DNA of 31,123 nt from a virus (lineage: Duplodnaviria > Caudoviricetes). Below, in pieces: positions 25,908-31,123 of the stretch; the stretch's first letter is position 1, and each line of letters opens with the position of its first letter. The notes beneath the pieces are model-generated. The model did no database searches, was not told where the DNA came from, and worked only from the letters and a program-made list of their open reading frames with translations. A program made the translations under genes and the position numbers. Where the stretch lies: positions 1 to 31,123 of IMG/VR virus record IMGVR_UViG_3300006872_000197; one strand, 5' to 3'.

Positions 25908-26020
25908 GCGAGCTGGCAGCGCTGTTCCGTTTCCCGCCGTCAGAGCTGTGGGAAATGGACTGGCAGGAAGTCGAATTCTGGCTGCGCCAGGCGGTGCGGA
26001 TCAACGAGGCAAGGGACTGA
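25862..26020 (+). CDS. -1 frameshift extension of the chaperone (GpE/E'-like)
   Basis: Slippery G GGA AAT at 25862-25868; the -1 frame reads ...ELAALFRFPPSELWEMDWQEVEFWLRQA to TGA at 26020. Confidence 0.8.
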   Translation, partial: GKSAASWPPDWADCLGELAALFRFPPSELWEMDWQEVEFWLRQAVRINEARD

Positions 26021-26023
26021 GGC

Positions 26024-27559
26024 GTGCTCAAATTCCGCATGGTGCTGGAAGCGATCGACCGGGCAAGCGGGCCGCTGCGCCGGGTCGGCTCGCTGGTCCG
26101 TCGTACCGGCGTCGATACCGAGCGGCTGGGCCGGATCACCGAACGCTGGGGGCGCCGGGCGGAAGCTGCCGGCCGTTCGATCGGCCTGCTCGCCGGCGCG
26201 ATCACCGGGCTCGGCCTTGCCGGGATAGCGGGCATCGTCAAGCTGGGCGCGGAGTTCGAACAGTTCCAGATCATCCTCGAGCAGACCGAAGGCTCTGCCG
26301 AAGGCGCGCGCCGGGCGATGGCCTGGGTGCGCGAGTTCGGCAAGCGGACGCCGTTCGAGATCGGCGACGTGATGCAGGCGTTCGTCAGCCTCAAGAATTA
26401 CGGCATCGACCCGATGGCTGGCAGCCTCCAGTCGCTCGGCAACGCCGCCTCGGCGATGAATAAACCGCTCAGCCAGGCCGTCGAGGCGCTCGCCGACGCG
26501 CAGGTCGGGGAATTCGAACGGCTCAAGGAGTTCGGCATCCGCGCCTCCAAACAGGGCGACATGGTTCGCTTCAGCTATCTGAAGGCCGGCAAGGAAATCA
26601 CCCGCACCGCGCGGATCAACGCGGCCGAGATCAACCGGTCGCTGACCGGCATTTTCGACGATCGTTTCGCCGGGATGATGGACCGCCAGTCGCAGTCGCT
26701 CGCCGGTCTCTGGTCGAACCTCAAGGATTTCGTCACGCTGTCGCTGCTCGACATCGGCGAAGGCGGCTTCCTGGCGTCGGTGCGCAAGCAGCTGCAGCGT
26801 CTGCTCGCCTGGCTCGAAAAGCTCAAGGCCGATGGCACGCTCAAGCGCTGGGTCGACCAGGCGTCGGCTGAGCTCGTCCGTCTCGCCAATTTCGTCGCGT
26901 CGATCGACTGGGTCGGCGTCGCGCGCGACATCGCCGGGATTGCCCGCGCGATCGGCAGCGTCGTCGGCTGGCTGGCGCGCCTCGGCAGCGTCGTCGGCTG
27001 GCTGTTCAATCTTGCGGTGGTGGCGGTAATCGCGCGGATCAGCTTCGGGCTCTATGCGCTGGCCTCGGCGCTCCGCGTCGTCTCGATCGCCGGTGCACCG
27101 CTCGCCGGTCTGGTGACGGTGATCGGCCTGCTCGCCGCGGGCGCGTTCCTGGTCTGGCTCAACTGGAGCACGATCGCCGGCTTTTTCTCGAACATGGTCG
27201 ACACGGTGCTCGGCCACATCCGGCGGCTGTGGTCCGCAGCGCGCGACATGTTCCGGACTGGCGTTCAGGCACTGTGGAATGCGCTGCCGGCGTGGTTCCG
27301 CGGCATATTGACGGGCGCGAGCTTCGTCGTGCGCGCGATCGGCAATCTCGGCACCGGTGGCGGCACGGCCGCACCGGCAGCGAACACCCGCCCGCGCCCG
27401 GCGCTTGCCGGCCAGAACACCGCGCAGGTCGGCGGTCGGCTCGACATCCGGATCAGCGGCGACGGCGCGCGCCAGGCCAGCGTCCAGGGCGTGCGCACCG
27501 CCAACCGCAACGTGCCGATCCGGATCGAACGCCACCCGGCGATGGCGGGAGCGGCCTGA
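26024..27559 (+). CDS. tape measure protein
   Basis: LEAIDRASGPL start, TPFEIGDV, LADAQVGEFERLKEFGI, amphipathic Trp-spaced repeats. Confidence 0.9.
   Translation: MLKFRMVLEAIDRASGPLRRVGSLVRRTGVDTERLGRITERWGRRAEAAGRSIGLLAGAITGLGLAGIAGIVKLGAEFEQFQIILEQTEGSAEGARRAMAWVREFGKRTPFEIGDVMQAFVSLKNYGIDPMAGSLQSLGNAASAMNKPLSQAVEALADAQVGEFERLKEFGIRASKQGDMVRFSYLKAGKEITRTARINAAEINRSLTGIFDDRFAGMMDRQSQSLAGLWSNLKDFVTLSLLDIGEGGFLASVRKQLQRLLAWLEKLKADGTLKRWVDQASAELVRLANFVASIDWVGVARDIAGIARAIGSVVGWLARLGSVVGWLFNLAVVAVIARISFGLYALASALRVVSIAGAPLAGLVTVIGLLAAGAFLVWLNWSTIAGFFSNMVDTVLGHIRRLWSAARDMFRTGVQALWNALPAWFRGILTGASFVVRAIGNLGTGGGTAAPAANTRPRPALAGQNTAQVGGRLDIRISGDGARQASVQGVRTANRNVPIRIERHPAMAGAA
26952..27004 (+). repeat. 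23-bp exact direct repeat with 30-bp period in the tape measure gene
   Basis: TCGGCAGCGTCGTCGGCTGGCTG at 26952 and 26982 (GSVVGWL twice). Confidence 0.8.
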
Positions 27560-28770
27560 TGGCGTGGCGCGACGATTACCGTCCCGGCAGCTTTCGCGGG
27601 GTGCCGTTCGTGACCGAGCGGCATGAGCGCGCGGGCGGGCGCCGGGCGGAGGTGCATGAATTCCCGCAGCGCGACCTGCCGCTGGCCGAGGACCTGGGCC
27701 GCGCGGCGCGGCGCTTCTCGATCGACTGTCATGTCATCGGCGCGGACTATCGCGTGGCGCGCGACCGGCTGATCGACGCGCTCGAAGCCGCCGGACCCGG
27801 CACGCTTGTGCATCCGTTCCACGGCACGCTGCGCGTCCAGGTGCTCGACTATCGCCAGTCGGAAAGCACCGAAGAGGGCGGCATCGCCCGTTTCTCGATC
27901 GAGTGCGTCGAGGCGGGGGCCGCGGCCGACCTGACGGTCGCCCCCGATCCGCGCGTCCAGGCGCTGTCCGTAGCCGATAAGGCGCTGGCCGACGCGCCCG
28001 CCGCCTTCGCCCGCGGCTTCGACGTGTCCGGCCTGCCGGGTTTCGTCGAGATGGCGGCGTCGGCGCTGGTTGAAAGCGCCGGCGATCTGACCCGGGTTGT
28101 CGCCGGCTTCTCGGGCGGCGCGGGCAATGCGCTGCGCGGGTTCGAGGCGGCGCTCGATCTCGTCGGCCAGCCGCAGCTGCTCCGCCAGCCGCTGGCGCTG
28201 GGCACCGCATTGGTCGGGCTGTTCAGCGCGGTCGACGCGCTGACCGGCGACGCGCGCGTGCGGCGGCGGATGGCCGAACCGCTGATCGCGTTCGGCACCG
28301 GTCTCCACGACGTTGCGGCCACCACCCCGGCGCGAACGCGCCAGCGCGCCAACCAGGCCGCGTTCGTCCATCTGACCGGGGTTGCCGCGACGGCACTGCT
28401 GGTGCGCGCCACGGCCGACACCGCGTTTTCGAGCTATGACGAGGCGGTCACTACCCGCGATTCCGCCGCCGCGCTGATCGATGCGCGCGCGCTCGCCGCC
28501 GCCGACGCGCTCGACACCGACCGGGCGCTCGATTTCGACCGGTTGCGGCGCGCGATGGTTCGCGACATCACCGCGCGCGGCGGCACGCTCCAGCGCGTCT
28601 ATGGCTATCGCCCGGCCGCGACCGAGCCGGCGCTGGGAATTGCGCACCGCCTTTACGGGCCGGTCGCCGATCTGGTCGTGCGCACCGATGCCATGGTCGC
28701 GCGCAATCGCGTCCGTCACCCGGGCTTCGTGCCCGGCGGCGCGCCGATCGAGGTGCTCGCCGATGGCTGA
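27559..28770 (+). CDS. DNA circularization protein (Mu gpN)
   Basis: MAWRD.YRPGSFRGVPF, HEFPQRD..EDLGR, GTLVHP, RN.VRHPGFVP. Confidence 0.92.
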   Translation: MAWRDDYRPGSFRGVPFVTERHERAGGRRAEVHEFPQRDLPLAEDLGRAARRFSIDCHVIGADYRVARDRLIDALEAAGPGTLVHPFHGTLRVQVLDYRQSESTEEGGIARFSIECVEAGAAADLTVAPDPRVQALSVADKALADAPAAFARGFDVSGLPGFVEMAASALVESAGDLTRVVAGFSGGAGNALRGFEAALDLVGQPQLLRQPLALGTALVGLFSAVDALTGDARVRRRMAEPLIAFGTGLHDVAATTPARTRQRANQAAFVHLTGVAATALLVRATADTAFSSYDEAVTTRDSAAALIDARALAAADALDTDRALDFDRLRRAMVRDITARGGTLQRVYGYRPAATEPALGIAHRLYGPVADLVVRTDAMVARNRVRHPGFVPGGAPIEVLADG

Positions 28771-29827
28771 TGCACGCGACACCGTGACGCTGGCGATCGA
28801 CGGCGTGACCTATTCGGGCTGGACGGGTGTGCGTATCAGCCGCTCGATCGAAAGCATCGCCGGCGAATTCGATCTGTCGCTCACCGCGCGCGAACGCCTC
28901 GAAAGCGGGCGGTTTCCGCTCGCTGCCGGTTCGGCGATCACGCTCGGCGTCGGCGGCGAGACGCTGATTTCCGGCCATATCGACCGGCTTTCGGCGCAAT
29001 ATGACATGCGCAGCCATGTCATCACGATCAGCGGCCGTGATCGCGCCGGCGATCTGGCCGACTGTTCGGCGATCCATCCCACCGGCAGCTGGAAGAACAC
29101 GTCGGTCGAGGCAATCGCCGCCGAACTGGCCGCGCCGTTCGGCATCGCCGTCACCGCCCGCGCGCCGACCGGGGCACCGATCAAGCGGTTCGCGCTCCAG
29201 CAGGGCGAGACCGTCGCCGCCGCGATCGAGCGGCTAGTGCGCTATCGCGGCCTCTTGGTGGTATCGACCCCGGCGGGCGCGATCGAGCTGATCAGCCCGG
29301 CGTCGGGCGATCCGGTGGCGCGGCTGGCCGAGGGCGACGCCATCCTCGCCGGGATTGCCGATCACGATGTCACCGAACGCTTCAGCGAGTATCGCGTCAA
29401 GGGCCAGAGCTCGGGCGACGATCAGGTCAACGGCCGTGCCGCGGCGCAGCCGGCGGGCACCGCGCGCGATCCGGCGGTCCGCCGCTATCGTCCGCTGCTG
29501 GTGATCGGCGAGGAGCAGTCGGACCGCGCCAGCCTCGGCATCCGCGCGGCATGGGAAGCCAGCGTCCGCGCCGGGCGCGCGCAGCGCATCACGATCGGCC
29601 TTGCCGGCTGGCGGCGCGGCGACGGCCAGATCTGGACCCCCAATGTCATCGTCGAGGTCGATGCGCCCAGCCTTTACGTGCGCGGCCCGATGCTGGTCGC
29701 CGGCGTCACGCTGCAGCTCGACCAGAACGGCACGATCGCCGAGCTCGAGATGTCGCCGCCGGGCGCGTTCACCGCAGAGCCGGTCAGTGAGGACGCGGAC
29801 GCGTCTGCAATCGGGGCATCGGCATGA
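28763..29827 (+). CDS. baseplate hub protein (Mu gpP/gp44)
   Basis: YSGWTGVRISRSIE, GRD..GDL.DCS, RFSEYRVKGQ, RYRPL. Confidence 0.9.
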   Translation: MADARDTVTLAIDGVTYSGWTGVRISRSIESIAGEFDLSLTARERLESGRFPLAAGSAITLGVGGETLISGHIDRLSAQYDMRSHVITISGRDRAGDLADCSAIHPTGSWKNTSVEAIAAELAAPFGIAVTARAPTGAPIKRFALQQGETVAAAIERLVRYRGLLVVSTPAGAIELISPASGDPVARLAEGDAILAGIADHDVTERFSEYRVKGQSSGDDQVNGRAAAQPAGTARDPAVRRYRPLLVIGEEQSDRASLGIRAAWEASVRAGRAQRITIGLAGWRRGDGQIWTPNVIVEVDAPSLYVRGPMLVAGVTLQLDQNGTIAELEMSPPGAFTAEPVSEDADASAIGASA

Positions 29828-30345
29828 TGGCCGGGCTGCAGCGCGCGATCGCGCCGATCGCCGGGCGTGTCCGCATGATGATCGCCCGCGCAGTGATCGG
29901 CACGGTCGACGACAGCGCCAGCTGCCAGACGGTGCAGGCCGACCTGCTCGACGGCGAGCGTCAGGACGAGATCGAGCATTTCCAGCATTACGGCTTTACC
30001 AGCGTCGCGCATCCCGACGCCGAGGTGATCATCGCCTTTGTCGCGGGGCTGCGCAGCCACGGCGTGGTGATCGCCGGCACCGACCGGCGTTACCGGCTGA
30101 AGGGTCTCGCGACCGGTGAAGTCGCGATCCACGACGATCTCGGCCAGGTCGTTCACCTCACCCGCGACGGGATCGTCATCGAAAGCGACCAGAGGATCAC
30201 CGTCCGCGCGCCCAATGTGCTGATCGACGCCGACCAGATCGATCTCGGCGGCGCCGGCGGCGCGGCGGTGGCGCGGGTGGGCGACGACGTCGATCTCGGA
30301 ACCGGCAAGATCGTCAGTGGATCGTCGAAGGTGGCGTCGGCATGA
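29824..30345 (+). CDS. baseplate central spike (Mu gp45/gpV-like)
   Basis: EHFQHYGFTS, DRRYRL.GL..GEVAIHD. Confidence 0.9.
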   Translation: MMAGLQRAIAPIAGRVRMMIARAVIGTVDDSASCQTVQADLLDGERQDEIEHFQHYGFTSVAHPDAEVIIAFVAGLRSHGVVIAGTDRRYRLKGLATGEVAIHDDLGQVVHLTRDGIVIESDQRITVRAPNVLIDADQIDLGGAGGAAVARVGDDVDLGTGKIVSGSSKVASA

Positions 30346-30791
30346 CCGATCTCGCGCTCCGCTGGGACAATGCGCTTTTCCAGGCCGACCTCGCGCTCGA
30401 TTTCGGCAAGCTCGCGACCGATGACAGCCTGCGCACTGCGGTCATCATTTCGCTGTTCAGCGACGCGCGCGCTGAAAGCGACGATCCGCTGCCCGATGCC
30501 GGCGGCGACCGGCGCGGCTGGTGGGGCGATGCGTTCGCAGGCGGCGGCCGTGGCATCGGATCGCGGCTGTGGCTGCTCGATCGCGAGAAGATCACCCGCG
30601 AGGTGGTGGGCCGTGCCCGCGATTACGCGCGCGAGGCGCTGCAATGGCTGGTCGACGACGGGGTGGCCAGCGCGGTCAGCGTCGATGCCGAAGCGCAGCC
30701 GCCGGCGGTGCTCGCCATCGGCGTCACCATCGACCGTCCGGGCGGCCCGGCGCGCCAGCGCTTCGACTTCGTCTGGGAGGCCACGGCATGA
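30342..30791 (+). CDS. baseplate protein Mu gp46
   Basis: LRTAVIISLFSD, RGWWGD, GSRLWLL.REK, EALQWL. Confidence 0.92.
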   Translation: MTDLALRWDNALFQADLALDFGKLATDDSLRTAVIISLFSDARAESDDPLPDAGGDRRGWWGDAFAGGGRGIGSRLWLLDREKITREVVGRARDYAREALQWLVDDGVASAVSVDAEAQPPAVLAIGVTIDRPGGPARQRFDFVWEATA

Positions 30792-31123
30792 GTTTCAACC
30801 GGCCGACCCTGTCCGCGCTGATCAACCAGGCGCTCGCCGATTTCGATACCCGCATGCCGGGCGCGGATTCGCGGCTGCGTGCCAGCGTGATCGACGTGCT
30901 GGCGCGGGTGCATTCGGGCGCGGTCGCCGGGCTCTACGGCTATCTCGATTTCATCGCGCGCCAGATCCTGCCCGACACCGCCGAGGCCGAATATCTCGCG
31001 CGCTGGGCATCGATCTGGGGTCTTTATCGCAAGGCCGCGACGGCCGCGTCCGGCATCGCGACCGCGACCGGCGTCAACGGCAGCGTGATCATGGCGGGGG
31101 CCGAGCTGGCCCGCGCCGATGGC
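30788..31123 (+). CDS. baseplate J/Mu gp47 (truncated by window end)
   Basis: MSFNRPTL...LYGYLDFIARQILPDTAE..YL.RWA; no stop before the window end. Confidence 0.88.
   Translation, partial: MSFNRPTLSALINQALADFDTRMPGADSRLRASVIDVLARVHSGAVAGLYGYLDFIARQILPDTAEAEYLARWASIWGLYRKAATAASGIATATGVNGSVIMAGAELARADG

Larger units (their letters stand above)
1..31123 (+). mobile_element. Mu-like transposable prophage/phage (myovirus-type tail), both ends outside window
   Basis: MuA DDE transposase, MuB, GemA, Mor, Mu gp26-gp30, I/Z, T, gp35-38, sheath, tube, tape measure, gpN, gpP and gp45-47 homologues in Mu-like order, all on the + strand. Confidence 0.97.

Noticed and set aside
1-31123. CRISPR array, tRNA/rRNA, diversity-generating retroelement, invertase cassette, Mu att ends
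   Set aside because: No repeat-spacer array, RNA gene, reverse transcriptase, recombinase or terminal TG...CA end structure was seen; tail fibre and end regions lie beyond the window
23734-31123. Tailocin, T6SS or eCIS
   Set aside because: The tail genes are contiguous with capsid, portal, terminase and transposase genes, so this is a phage

Overview
The whole window is the interior of one Mu-like (transposable) prophage or phage with a contractile tail. It is very GC-rich and probably from an alphaproteobacterium; a Sphingomonadaceae-like host is my inference only. All genuine genes are on the + strand and most are translationally coupled through ATGA/TGATG overlaps. Gene order: (1) an expanded early accessory block with two C3H zinc-finger proteins (one fused to a DnaA domain-IV-like HTH), an NPPY DNA methyltransferase, a ParB/DGQHR-like protein behind a C11 tract and an HNH nuclease; (2) MuA transposase, MuB ATPase, GemA/gp16 and a Mor/C-like activator; (3) lysis genes (GH108 endolysin, i- and o-spanin, holin) interrupted by a 675-aa tailspike/depolymerase-like gene; (4) gp25-27, two small inserted genes, terminase, portal, a head-fibre-like gene and MuF with a C-terminal extension; (5) protease/scaffold, decoration, major capsid, neck, sheath, tube, frameshifted chaperone, tape measure and baseplate genes, cut off in gp47/J. 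The repressor, ner and both phage ends lie outside the window. Most notable features: a tailspike gene in the lysis cassette plus a head-fibre-like gene in the head module; two copies of a CCGAC-N4-GTCGG dyad each exactly 38 nt before an SD-less late-operon ATG; a 10-bp-periodic segment in the portal gene resembling a central gyrase site; a possibly phase-variable C11 tract; and an unannotated acidic zinc-ribbon microprotein between the terminase subunits. Family calls come from motifs read by eye; no database search was run.
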